Source: a virus
Direction: 5' to 3' (one strand)
DNA length: 64,000 bases
Virus record (IMG/VR): IMGVR_UViG_3300034069_000619
Span: 1-64,000 of that record
Below are positions 44,212 through 52,446 of the stretch, piece after piece. How positions within the stretch are numbered: the stretch's first letter is position 1; every line of letters begins with the position of its first letter. A program made the translations under genes and the position numbers. The notes under the pieces are model-generated. The model did not search any database, was not told the origin of the DNA, and worked only from the letters and a program-made list of their open reading frames with translations.

Positions 44212-44445
44212 TTACCGGGGTTTATCGGTGGCGGCCGGAAAACCGAACTGTGCTGCACGCCGAACATTTTCGTAGGCTTCACCTCGCTCGTGACCCCATC
44301 CGTACCGATAGCGCATGACGTGCTGCGAATAGAGCTTTCCGTCTCGGCCTATGGCTCGTGCCTCGTAGTGGTCGCCGAATTCGTCTGACCACTCGCGTTC
44401 CACTACCCGTCCCGCCACCTCCGGCGCGCCTGTGTGGTCGGTCAT
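44212..44445 (-). CDS. hypothetical early protein
   Basis: 77-aa ORF in the tightly packed leftward operon. Confidence 0.5.
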   Translation of the reverse strand: MTDHTGAPEVAGRVVEREWSDEFGDHYEARAIGRDGKLYSQHVMRYRYGWGHERGEAYENVRRAAQFGFPAATDKPR

Positions 44446-44645
44446 GGGGTGGGCTCCGAGAAATCTGTGACGCCATGCACCTTGATCATGTCATTGATGG
44501 CACTCTTGAGCCTTTCCCAATCCATGGCCATGATTGCCACTTTCGGCTTTCCAGAGACGGCGATGGCATTCTGGTCCGCAGTTTTCATACAAATTCGCAG
44601 CCACGCCGCTGCGTCACGTGGCTTGTTATTGTCGTAGGTCGGCAT
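44442..44645 (-). CDS. hypothetical early protein
   Basis: ATG 44645 shares a base with the upstream TGA. AT-richer than neighbours. Confidence 0.5.
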   Translation of the reverse strand: MPTYDNNKPRDAAAWLRICMKTADQNAIAVSGKPKVAIMAMDWERLKSAINDMIKVHGVTDFSEPTP

Positions 44646-44854
44646 CAATCCCAATCCTCATTCCCGGCATCGTCATCGGCATCCAATGCAATCGCCAGAC
44701 GCTGCTCTTGTGTGAATGTCGACCACAGCCCTTTGGTGCGCCCGCCTACGTGGTTTCGCCAGTCGTGAACCTTCCCAGCCTCGTCAAACTCAGGGCTCTC
44801 CAGCCAGTCAGGAGTGAACGGGGCAAGCCTTCTCTCGAAATCCGTCATCATCAT
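44645..44854 (-). CDS. hypothetical acidic early protein
   Basis: Internal ATG 44854 preceded by GGAGAG. Confidence 0.5.
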   Translation of the reverse strand: MMMTDFERRLAPFTPDWLESPEFDEAGKVHDWRNHVGGRTKGLWSTFTQEQRLAIALDADDDAGNEDWD

Positions 44855-44879
44855 CTCTCCATGCCCCTCACGGGGCGCA

Positions 44880-45107
44880 TCACAAAAGCCGCTCGTCGAT
44901 ATCGTCGCCATTCCACCGCGCCAGGGGCTGGTGCTCGTCGCCATCGGCGAAGATCACGATGTCGTCCGGCCCGATATCGCGCTGGGCGCGGCGGTCCCAT
45001 CGACGGTGAATCATCCGCGGGCCGCCCCAGATGCGAAAGGCGCTCCAGTAGCGGTCGTCCGTGAACCCGACATAGTGGACGGTGCGGGGAGCCTCATCCC
45101 CCATCAT
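44880..45107 (-). CDS. conserved hypothetical phage protein
   Basis: 75 aa. The VHYVGFTDDRYWSAFRIWGGP pattern recurs in alphaproteobacterial phages (from memory). Confidence 0.5.
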   Translation of the reverse strand: MMGDEAPRTVHYVGFTDDRYWSAFRIWGGPRMIHRRWDRRAQRDIGPDDIVIFADGDEHQPLARWNGDDIDERLL

Positions 45108-45450
45108 CTCCTCTCTCCATCTCCGCCACCAGCCATGCCCCCACGAGGCTCAGGACCGGCGTAGCGCATGCCTCGTGCCACTGGTCGTGCTCGTCGGATA
45201 CGGTTGCTCCTTCGGTTTGGTCGACCTGCCAGCCGAAGCCGCGGGAGGCGACGAGGGTTGTAGTGGCGTCGAGGGAGGCGGTGAAGTTAGGGATGCCGAG
45301 GCCACCGTTGATTGATGGGAGGCCGCTTGCAGTCTTCCGGCCGAAGTTTTCGCACAGCGAAGCATCCAAATCCCGATCCAAGCCTGTGGCGGCACGGACG
45401 CGGGCGAGGAGGGTATCCAGCACGGCGGGGGTGGGGATGGTGGACGTCAT
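45094..45450 (-). CDS. hypothetical early protein
   Basis: 118-aa ORF. Confidence 0.5.
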   Translation of the reverse strand: MTSTIPTPAVLDTLLARVRAATGLDRDLDASLCENFGRKTASGLPSINGGLGIPNFTASLDATTTLVASRGFGWQVDQTEGATVSDEHDQWHEACATPVLSLVGAWLVAEMERGDDGG

Positions 45451-45653
45451 GCTACCGGCTTCTCACCCAAGGCGCGGATCTTGTGCCGCAGTTCCTCGGC
45501 TTCACGGTCAGCGAGATTGCGAAAAACTTCGATGGTCTGGCGGGTGTGGATCCGCTGAAGCTGACGCTCCAGATCGCGGATTGTTTTAGGCTTCGCGGCT
45601 TCCCGAGCCATCCCAGCGTGAAAGCGGTCGAGTTCACGAGTGCTTAGCATCAT
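45447..45653 (-). CDS. hypothetical helical early protein
   Basis: 68-aa ORF with a 4-nt overlap. Confidence 0.5.
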   Translation of the reverse strand: MMLSTRELDRFHAGMAREAAKPKTIRDLERQLQRIHTRQTIEVFRNLADREAEELRHKIRALGEKPVA

Positions 45654-45654
45654 A

Positions 45655-46086
45655 TCAGTCTCCTAGATTGTCGTTTCGGGTTTGGTGGTGGGCTCCCCTC
45701 GTCTCCTCTCGCGCTGCCGGGTCTGTCGCCTGTCCCGAGAGGGTGGGGGTGGGGTCAAACCAGCCGCTGTCGATCAGTTCTTGCAGCCTTGAGTTATTCG
45801 ACCATACGGCCTTTCCTGTACGCCGGCCGATGAACGTGCCGTTGGGCAGCATGGCGTTCTGCCGGAAGCTGAGGCCGAGGAAGTTCGCGCCTGTGAAGCA
45901 GTCTGTTCGCGCCTCAGTCTGGGCGAGAACGTGCTTGTAATCGTCCGGCGAGACCTCTAGCAGCGTAGCTCCGTTCATCGGGGCAGGCGGCATAGCAGCG
46001 GCCATAGCGTTCAGATTGCGGAGCATCTGCCCGGCGGTCATCTTGGCGTAGGGCGATGCAGCGGCCCGGCGCTTGGCCTCACCCAT
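45655..46086 (-). CDS. hypothetical early protein
   Basis: 143-aa ORF. Confidence 0.5.
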   Translation of the reverse strand: MGEAKRRAAASPYAKMTAGQMLRNLNAMAAAMPPAPMNGATLLEVSPDDYKHVLAQTEARTDCFTGANFLGLSFRQNAMLPNGTFIGRRTGKAVWSNNSRLQELIDSGWFDPTPTLSGQATDPAAREETRGAHHQTRNDNLGD

Positions 46087-46306
46087 GGTGCTCTCCCGTC
46101 GAATTTGAGACGAGGCGCCAGAAACCTCCGCCGTTTGCAGTCGCTGTCTCGACTAGCCCGCGAGCCTGCAACTGACGCATCACCCGGTATGTCTGCGCCA
46201 CGGTTAGGCCGGTGCCGCGGCTCGCCCATGAGGTGCAGAAGCCGTTGGCACCAGAGATGCGGTCCAAGATAATGCGCTGGGCTTCAGTAAGGGGTTTCGC
46301 CGTCAT
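46079..46306 (-). CDS. winged-helix-like small DNA-binding protein
   Basis: Internal ATG 46306. LTVAQTYRVMRQLQARGLVE resembles a MarR/wHTH recognition helix. Confidence 0.5.
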   Translation of the reverse strand: MTAKPLTEAQRIILDRISGANGFCTSWASRGTGLTVAQTYRVMRQLQARGLVETATANGGGFWRLVSNSTGEHHG

Positions 46307-46695
46307 CACTCCCCTCCCTGCTGTGTGGTGGGCGCTTCTGCCTCCTGGGTGGAGGGAGAGGGGATGGGCGCTTCGATTTCTTCGGAGAGGTAGGTAGGGT
46401 TTGTCTCGGCCCAACACCTGAAATGCCAGAGATGTGAAGGATCATCCGGCTGCCGCACCTCAACGATGAGGGATCGCCCCGGATTTCTGGCTAAGCTCCA
46501 ATCGCCGTGAAAATCGTCAGCCTCCGCAAATTTCTCGGCTGCTGTCTCGGCGTCAGGAGCACGGACTAGGGCCGCAGCGTCCCATATGTCTTCGGGCTGA
46601 ATGCCAGGGCAATCCGTGTCGCGAACCTCCCAGACCGGGTAGCATGTGTGCGAGGCTGGACGCCACACCTCGCAGGTGTTGCAATAGGCCGTCAC
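46306..46695 (-). CDS. hypothetical Cys-containing early protein
   Basis: 129-aa ORF. Confidence 0.5.
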   Translation of the reverse strand: MTAYCNTCEVWRPASHTCYPVWEVRDTDCPGIQPEDIWDAAALVRAPDAETAAEKFAEADDFHGDWSLARNPGRSLIVEVRQPDDPSHLWHFRCWAETNPTYLSEEIEAPIPSPSTQEAEAPTTQQGGE

Positions 46696-46982
46696 GCTTC
46701 TGCTCCATGCGCTGCTGTGGTTGGGGTGGGGATGTCGAAGCTCTCTCGCAACAGATCGTCGGTGCTCAGCGTCTCAAAGCGCCGAGCCTCTGCCTCATCC
46801 CCGCTGATGCGAAGCAGGCGAGCAATTTCGGTCTGCGCAGCTTCTGCCGTATAGCCACATCGCTGTTCGGCAGGATCACCTATGCAGACACATGGCGAGT
46901 TGGTGCAGAAGTGGTCTTCAAGGTGCCACCCATCCTTGCCGAGGCAGAGGTCATAGGTGCCGGGGAAATCCTCGTCGCTCAT
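46692..46982 (-). CDS. hypothetical Cys-rich early protein
   Basis: Internal ATG 46982 with an ATGA overlap on the upstream stop. Confidence 0.5.
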   Translation of the reverse strand: MSDEDFPGTYDLCLGKDGWHLEDHFCTNSPCVCIGDPAEQRCGYTAEAAQTEIARLLRISGDEAEARRFETLSTDDLLRESFDIPTPTTAAHGAEA

Positions 46983-47401
46983 GGCGCCGTCACCTCGCGC
47001 GAGGCGGAAGGGGTGGGGCGCAACGCCTGCTCGGCTCGCTCCATGGCTACCGCGCGCATGCCCATGTCGTATGGGTCGCGCGGATCGAGGGCGTCCCACG
47101 ACGGCCTCCCCGACACGCCTTTGCGGCTTTCCTCGTAGAGGCGCCGATCTTCGTCCTTGATCGGCTGCTCCTCTAGAACGGTTTGCAGCGCGTCGTGGAC
47201 CTCGGTGCCTGTGATCTGCTCGTAGACGGTGACGGCAGCGTTCCATGCCTTCGTCGCTCGGATCGCTAGGCGCTCCCCAGAGTGATCAGCATAGAACTTG
47301 AACCCAGCCGGCACCGTGTACCCGGTGTCCATCAAGCCAAGCATGGTCCTGGCGAGGTCGTTCACCTCGGCGACAATTTCGGCATCGGTTTTCGGGCTCA
47401 T
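46979..47401 (-). CDS. hypothetical early protein
   Basis: 140-aa ORF with ATGA overlap. Confidence 0.5.
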   Translation of the reverse strand: MSPKTDAEIVAEVNDLARTMLGLMDTGYTVPAGFKFYADHSGERLAIRATKAWNAAVTVYEQITGTEVHDALQTVLEEQPIKDEDRRLYEESRKGVSGRPSWDALDPRDPYDMGMRAVAMERAEQALRPTPSASREVTAP

Positions 47402-48003
47402 GCCGTAGCTCCATGCGAGGCAGATGGGTTGCTGCGCTCACGAAGGTACTGGTAAGGCGACGTATCGAAGTTCATCGCGTCGATCTCGGCTTGCGGGCTG
47501 TTCTGATAGGCCCAGACTTGCTCCATGCCAGGGATGATGGATGCCGGCCCGAGATCAACAGCACCTTCCCCACGATAAAGGCCGAGGACGTCTTCAATTT
47601 CGGGTGTAATGCGGAACCACTCGCCTCGCATATGGTAGGGGGCGAAGCGCTCGTGCCACATGCGCTCATCGCTGCGGTCGCCATGGACGATCGCTTCCAC
47701 GATGATGTCCCCTGGGCACGATGTCTGGATGCCGCCGATCCGGGATCTCGGGTTGTTTTCCGATAGACCCACCTTCAGGAAGCCGAAGACTCGGATGAAA
47801 TAGTTGAACGGCGGTTCAATGACCTCGCCGAAATAGCCCATAAGCGCATGCGGGCTGAGGTCCTGCCCCTGAGCCTTGACGATCTTCGCTTGCGCTAGCG
47901 GCACGCCTCGCAGGCAGTCAGGGCCGAAATGAAGAATGGGCTGAGGCTGAAACTTCCCACCCCACACGCTACCGCGCGGGTACACGACAACTGGATCTTG
48001 CAT
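47398..48003 (-). CDS. T5orf172/GIY-YIG-superfamily domain protein
   Basis: FLKVGLSENNPRSRIGGIQTSCPGDI...ERMWHERFAPYHMRGEWFRI matches the T5orf172 pattern. Confidence 0.6.
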   Translation of the reverse strand: MQDPVVVYPRGSVWGGKFQPQPILHFGPDCLRGVPLAQAKIVKAQGQDLSPHALMGYFGEVIEPPFNYFIRVFGFLKVGLSENNPRSRIGGIQTSCPGDIIVEAIVHGDRSDERMWHERFAPYHMRGEWFRITPEIEDVLGLYRGEGAVDLGPASIIPGMEQVWAYQNSPQAEIDAMNFDTSPYQYLRERSNPSASHGATA

Positions 48004-48187
48004 GCCCTGATCTCCGGTCAGGCCCGATCGGTTTGCCGATAGGCCAAAAATCCCTTGAAAATCAGCGGTGCACTCTCGTGCGGGTTGCCAACATAACAGT
48101 CTGTTATGTTAGGGTTCCGTCGGTCCCTCCGGGACCGCCACCACTGCCTGTTATACGACTACATATAGGCAGGTTTGCCAATTAAAA
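48004..48187. other. candidate attP region
   Basis: 184-nt AT-richer spacer downstream of int. Contains the perfect palindrome AACATAACAG-T-CTGTTATGTT (48090-48110), three GGT(T)TGCC(A/G) repeats and a CGGTCCC-TCC-GGGACCG hairpin. Confidence 0.5.
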
Positions 48188-49204
48188 TCAGGATGGTTTG
48201 CCACCCTTTTTCGGGAGCTTGTCCATCCCTGAGCGAGAAAGCCGCTTCTGATCCGCGGCCTTCGTGTAGCGCTCAATCTCTTTGAGCGTGACGTGACCGG
48301 TGATCGCGCCAATTTCGTGCGGTGTGGCGCCGGCATCCGCCAACCGGCTCGCTGCGGCTTTTCGAAGCCCGTGCGACGTGCACTCGGCTGGCAATCCTGC
48401 CTTGTGGATAACCCCGTTGATCCAGTTGCTGTAGCCGGCAGGGCTGAAGGGCTTGCCCGCTTCCGTCGCGATGATGGTGGTGCCGCGACGCGGTGCCTTG
48501 TCGAGAATGGCAGCAAGGTCGTCGTGGATCGGCACGTCGAGGCGGGCACCCGTCTTCCGCTGGGCCACACTGATTCGGTCGCCATGGATATGCAGCCACG
48601 TCATGCGATGCACATCGGATGCCCGCTGCGCCGTGTAGAGGTGCAGCGCGAACGCCAGCCGTTCCCGTGATCCGATCGGCCAGAAGGCTTCAAAGGCCGC
48701 AATCTGCCCGTCAGTCCATGTGTGGACCTCACCAATCTTGCTCAGGGCGATGCCGGCCGTTGGGTCAGATGGTGCCATGCCGATATCGACAGCGAACCTC
48801 ATCAGCGTCCGCAGCCGTTTCAGGAAAGAGTGAGCCGCGCCTGGCGTCGGCTCCATCTCCTGAATGATCGTTTTCACAGCCTCCCTCGGCAGTGTCGCCA
48901 CAGCCCGATGTCCATGCTGCGCCGCGAACTTCTCCAGTTTGGAGCGGTAGGCGCGGCGCGTATCGGGGGCCAGCCGACTGAAATCCAAGCTGGCGAAATA
49001 GCGAGAGAGAAGGTGGTTGAACGTGCCCTGCGTCGGCGTCTTCGCCTCGACCTCTTTGGCCCTCAGCGTCTCTGTCGCTTCGGCATAGGCGGCCATGAAG
49101 TCAGCCTCACCCGGCACTCCCGGCAAAGAAACTCGCACGTCTCCCCTGCGGTAGTAGTGTCGGCGCTTGCCGTGCCGGTCCACGAAGGTGTGCACGTAGG
49201 GCAT
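48188..49204 (-). CDS. int: tyrosine integrase
   Basis: C-terminal HGLRKAAASRLADAGATPHEIGAITGH...EIERYT catalytic-domain motifs. The MPYVHTFVDRHGKRRHYYRR start follows the xis stop. Confidence 0.9.
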   Translation of the reverse strand: MPYVHTFVDRHGKRRHYYRRGDVRVSLPGVPGEADFMAAYAEATETLRAKEVEAKTPTQGTFNHLLSRYFASLDFSRLAPDTRRAYRSKLEKFAAQHGHRAVATLPREAVKTIIQEMEPTPGAAHSFLKRLRTLMRFAVDIGMAPSDPTAGIALSKIGEVHTWTDGQIAAFEAFWPIGSRERLAFALHLYTAQRASDVHRMTWLHIHGDRISVAQRKTGARLDVPIHDDLAAILDKAPRRGTTIIATEAGKPFSPAGYSNWINGVIHKAGLPAECTSHGLRKAAASRLADAGATPHEIGAITGHVTLKEIERYTKAADQKRLSRSGMDKLPKKGGKPS

Positions 49205-49206
49205 GG

Positions 49207-49485
49207 TCAGCGGCGCACCACGTCGTCCCATCCCGGCAGCTCCGGCATTTTGATCGGCATATCGCCTTGCCGGGGCAGCGACTTGAAGGCAAGCGTCAGC
49301 TCATCGACGTCCCAGAGCAGGCGAGTCCGCAGGGCGCGAGGGCGGGGCATCGTGCCTTCATCCACAAGCTCGCGGAACATGGTTTCGCTGATGCCGACGA
49401 ACAGGGCGGCTTCGGGGGCGCTCAAGGCGTGTCGGGGCGCGAGCCTAGCGACAGCATGGATGTTGTCTCGCACTGCCCTACCCAT
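49207..49485 (-). CDS. xis: excisionase / AlpA-like HTH protein
   Basis: Internal ATG 49485. LSAPEAALFVGISETMFRELVDEGTMPRP HTH motif, immediately upstream of int. Confidence 0.7.
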   Translation of the reverse strand: MGRAVRDNIHAVARLAPRHALSAPEAALFVGISETMFRELVDEGTMPRPRALRTRLLWDVDELTLAFKSLPRQGDMPIKMPELPGWDDVVRR

Positions 49486-49759
49486 TCCCGTCCCCCTCCC
49501 TTTCTCCACCCGCCTCGGTCGGTGCGGCGGACGCAATCTGGTCGGGATGGCGCCCGAGTTCTCGCAGTGCTTGGTTGCGCTCACACCAAGCGAGGTAGAG
49601 CCTATGTCGAGCGGCCCGGATGATCGCATCAGCGCGATCTTGCTCGCGTCGCACGAACCGCTCTGCGGCATCCACCTCAGCCAGTGCTGCCTCTAAGCGA
49701 GCTTCGGCCAGAGTGTCAGCCAGCCAGCCGGAGTTCAGGTCGAAACCTCTAGCGTTCAC
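49478..49759 (-). CDS. hypothetical early protein
   Basis: GTG 49759 preceded by GAGGGAGAGG. The C-terminus carries the AAPTE junction repeat. Confidence 0.5.
   Translation of the reverse strand: MNARGFDLNSGWLADTLAEARLEAALAEVDAAERFVRREQDRADAIIRAARHRLYLAWCERNQALRELGRHPDQIASAAPTEAGGEREGDGNG
49513..49528 (-). repeat. gene-junction repeat, partial copy (16 nt)
   Basis: CCTCGGTCGGTGCGGC is shared with 49764-49784 and 50014-50034. Confidence 0.6.
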
Positions 49760-50009
49760 GGTCCTCTCCCTCGGTCGGTGCGGCGGCGAAAGCCTTGCGA
49801 ACCCGCTTCCACGTCGCGACGTCGCATTCCATGCCGAGGCCATGCAGCCGTTCGGCCTCGTCGATTTCGCGGATGATCAGCTTGCGATCGTGCTCCGGCA
49901 GGGCGTCGCGATTTTTGATCAGCCAGTTCCCGACATGCTCGGGCATGTAAGTCATTCGGCCCAGGGCGTAGCGGAACGCCGCGATGGCGATCAAACGATC
50001 AGCCTGCAT
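49749..50009 (-). CDS. conserved hypothetical phage protein
   Basis: AIAAFRYALGRMTYMPEHVGNWL pattern. The C-terminus carries the AAPTEGE junction repeat. Confidence 0.55.
   Translation of the reverse strand: MQADRLIAIAAFRYALGRMTYMPEHVGNWLIKNRDALPEHDRKLIIREIDEAERLHGLGMECDVATWKRVRKAFAAAPTEGEDRER
49764..49784 (-). repeat. gene-junction repeat (21 nt)
   Basis: CTCTCCCTCGGTCGGTGCGGC is identical to 50014-50034, exactly 250 nt away. Confidence 0.7.
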
Positions 50010-50349
50010 CAGGCTCTCCCTCGGTCGGTGCGGCCCTCTGTGCCTGGCGGGTGGCGTCTTCTGCCAACACCCGCTGGGTCACACCCTCCCATCGGCGGCG
50101 TGCTAGTTCCTCACGGAAGCCGTTGATGCGTTGCCGCAACTCGCGCCTAGACGGACACTCGTCGCATTCGTCCAAGCCGCAGCATCTCTCCCGCGTGGTG
50201 AAGTCGTCGGGAAAGGCTTCGTACAGGGCGATCACTAGGCGGATCTCCGATGAGTCGCGTGGAATGCGGTCCTCCAACCAGCCACGGGCGGCTTCAATGA
50301 CCTTGGGGCCGTAAAGCTTCGCTCTCGCGGCGTTAATCACCTTACGCAT
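49999..50349 (-). CDS. hypothetical Cys-containing early protein
   Basis: Internal ATG 50349 (MRKVINAARA...). The C-terminus carries the AAPTEGE junction repeat. Confidence 0.5.
   Translation of the reverse strand: MRKVINAARAKLYGPKVIEAARGWLEDRIPRDSSEIRLVIALYEAFPDDFTTRERCCGLDECDECPSRRELRQRINGFREELARRRWEGVTQRVLAEDATRQAQRAAPTEGEPDAG
50014..50034 (-). repeat. gene-junction repeat (21 nt)
   Basis: Identical to 49764-49784. Confidence 0.7.
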
Positions 50350-50584
50350 CCCGGTCTCCGTCTTTCTGTGCCTGGGCGAGGGCGGATTTCCCCTCGTATG
50401 CGGCCTTGAGCGTTGCAAATGCGCCGTTCAGGTCATCAATGATTTTCTGGTAGCCTTCCTCGCGCTTCCACCCTTTGCGGACCAGCGATTGCGAGTGCAG
50501 CAATGCGATTGCTTGGAAGATGACCACCAGCATCAGCACGCCAAGCGGCAGGATCAGAAACTCACCTCCCATCCCGGCCTCCAT
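50342..50584 (-). CDS. small single-TM membrane protein
   Basis: FLILPLGVLMLVVIFQAIALL helix. The start (50584 or 50572) is uncertain. Confidence 0.5.
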   Translation of the reverse strand: MEAGMGGEFLILPLGVLMLVVIFQAIALLHSQSLVRKGWKREEGYQKIIDDLNGAFATLKAAYEGKSALAQAQKDGDRDA

Positions 50585-51371
50585 CTGCAGGGGTCTGGAG
50601 CGCGCGGCGCCGCTGCTCTGTCTCAAGCTCGTCCATGCGTTCGTAGAGGCTTTCGCCAGGCGATCCGCTGTGACCGTCGAACTCGGCGTCGTCGCGCATC
50701 TCGTCGAATGTCGTTTGCAGCAACGTCATCTCCACGTTGATCTGCTCGTCCGTCATGCCCCGAGCCGATTGCTCCCGTCGCACCTCCCCCGCCTCGACAC
50801 CGGGCTCCGGCGCTGGGTGGTCGGACAGGAGGGTGGCGAGTTCGCAGCTCTTGGCATGCGGGTGTCCACCGCAATACGGGCACTGCCCCCAAGGGCCGCC
50901 ACGCTCGATCTCCCGCAGCGCCTCCATTGCCTTGGTGGCGCGGGCTGAGGCGGCGGCGAGAGCTTCGTCACGCAACGCGAGTTCAGCGTCGGCTTGGCCG
51001 AGCAGACCGCTTAGTTCGACGAGCCGCCGGTCCCGGTTGTTTTCGAGTTCAACGTTCCGAGCGCGCAGCCTCTCCACCTCCCCGATCATCTCGTTGGCCT
51101 CACCGCCATGATCCTGAGCGGATCGGACATGGGCGGCGGCTTCGAGGGCGGCGCGAGCGCATCGAAATGCGTCCACCATGTACGACGATCCAGCAAGGTA
51201 CCAGCTACCGAGATCATCGGCTGTGTCGCGATGGAGTTTCAGCTTGCGAGACCAAACGGCATCGTCGCGCATCATCTCGTTGCCATCGGCGATCAGGATA
51301 GCTCTGGCCGCCGCCTCGACCATCTCCTCCGTCACGGCCACCGCTTCGGGGCGGGCTTCGGGGGTCGTCAT
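50562..51371 (-). CDS. hypothetical coiled-coil protein
   Basis: Internal ATG 51371 with ATGA overlap. Contains a CPYCGGHPHAKSC motif. Confidence 0.55.
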   Translation of the reverse strand: MTTPEARPEAVAVTEEMVEAAARAILIADGNEMMRDDAVWSRKLKLHRDTADDLGSWYLAGSSYMVDAFRCARAALEAAAHVRSAQDHGGEANEMIGEVERLRARNVELENNRDRRLVELSGLLGQADAELALRDEALAAASARATKAMEALREIERGGPWGQCPYCGGHPHAKSCELATLLSDHPAPEPGVEAGEVRREQSARGMTDEQINVEMTLLQTTFDEMRDDAEFDGHSGSPGESLYERMDELETEQRRRALQTPADGGRDGR

Positions 51372-51661
51372 GGCGTGGTCTCCTGCTGCACCGCCGCCCT
51401 CGCCTGGTGCGCCCACCCCCGGCGGACCTCGATCGGCACCCCTCGCCCTCGGCTCATGTTGATGCCCTTGATGATCTCGGAGACGGTCTTCTGGGAGGCG
51501 GTGGCGCACCTGTCGAAGCGGTCGCCGATCGACACCACACTTCTCGGCCGGCAGCGGTTTTCGATGAGCTTCTCGCGAACCTCCGCGAAGGTCCGGCCCT
51601 GCATGCGCAGGCGGATCGCGAGGGCTGTCTCTGACGCGCTCCAGGGATGGGTCATGCTCAC
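51368..51661 (-). CDS. hypothetical small DNA-binding-like protein
   Basis: 97-aa ORF with 4-nt overlaps on both sides. Confidence 0.5.
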   Translation of the reverse strand: MSMTHPWSASETALAIRLRMQGRTFAEVREKLIENRCRPRSVVSIGDRFDRCATASQKTVSEIIKGINMSRGRGVPIEVRRGWAHQARAAVQQETTP

Positions 51662-52446
51662 CCCTCCCCCTGGCCCGAGGCGCCGTCGAGCGCGGCGCGG
51701 AGGGTGTTGCGGACCGACCAGAGGCGCTGATAGGCCGACGAGGAGACCGAAACGGTTTCCCGCTCAGCTTCGACGATCTCCAGGGCCTTCTCTATCCCTG
51801 GCCGCAGCCCCTCGACCCGGTCCGCATCCCCCGTCCCGGCCGGGGTGGGCTGCTCGGCGAGGCGGGCGCGAACAGCATCAACAGTGACCTCGGTGCGATC
51901 TGGCAAGCCTAGCAATGTGGCGATGCCGTTTAGCACATGCACATCATCGGCCCACGTCGCACGCTCAAGCTCGTTCAGCGCGTTCACTGGAGGCAGATCC
52001 CCCGCCGGCACCACCCCGCCCTGCTGGCCCGATAGGGTGGCGTCGATCTCGCACCACGAGTGGAACGGGCCGTAGAACCGGCCCACGGTCACGTCGCCGT
52101 TGTAGTGCAGCAGTTCGTAGCCGTGATCGCCGAAGCGGCCACCTTCGCCGTCCTCATGGCGCCACACCCGGACACGCGCATACCACCAGGAACCGTCATC
52201 CAGCCGCATGCGAGCGGTGATCGGGCGGCCGATCGGCTCCTCCGACATGGGACGCCAGCCATCCACCAGCCCTGAGGGCGCAGGCGGGGTCGGGGCGGCG
52301 TACAGGGGCTCAACGAACGCCCAGCCGGATCCCTCCCTCGGCTTTGTGTCCGAGAAAAGCCAGTTTGCTCCGGGATAAGCGTCCCGATAGCGCCATGCCA
52401 CGGGCTGTGCCGCCTCGCCCTCGGGCGCGTCGTGCTTCGGGTTCAT
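51658..52446 (-). CDS. DUF551-like domain protein
   Basis: 262 aa. GWRPMSEEPIGRPI motif. Confidence 0.55.
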   Translation of the reverse strand: MNPKHDAPEGEAAQPVAWRYRDAYPGANWLFSDTKPREGSGWAFVEPLYAAPTPPAPSGLVDGWRPMSEEPIGRPITARMRLDDGSWWYARVRVWRHEDGEGGRFGDHGYELLHYNGDVTVGRFYGPFHSWCEIDATLSGQQGGVVPAGDLPPVNALNELERATWADDVHVLNGIATLLGLPDRTEVTVDAVRARLAEQPTPAGTGDADRVEGLRPGIEKALEIVEAERETVSVSSSAYQRLWSVRNTLRAALDGASGQGEG

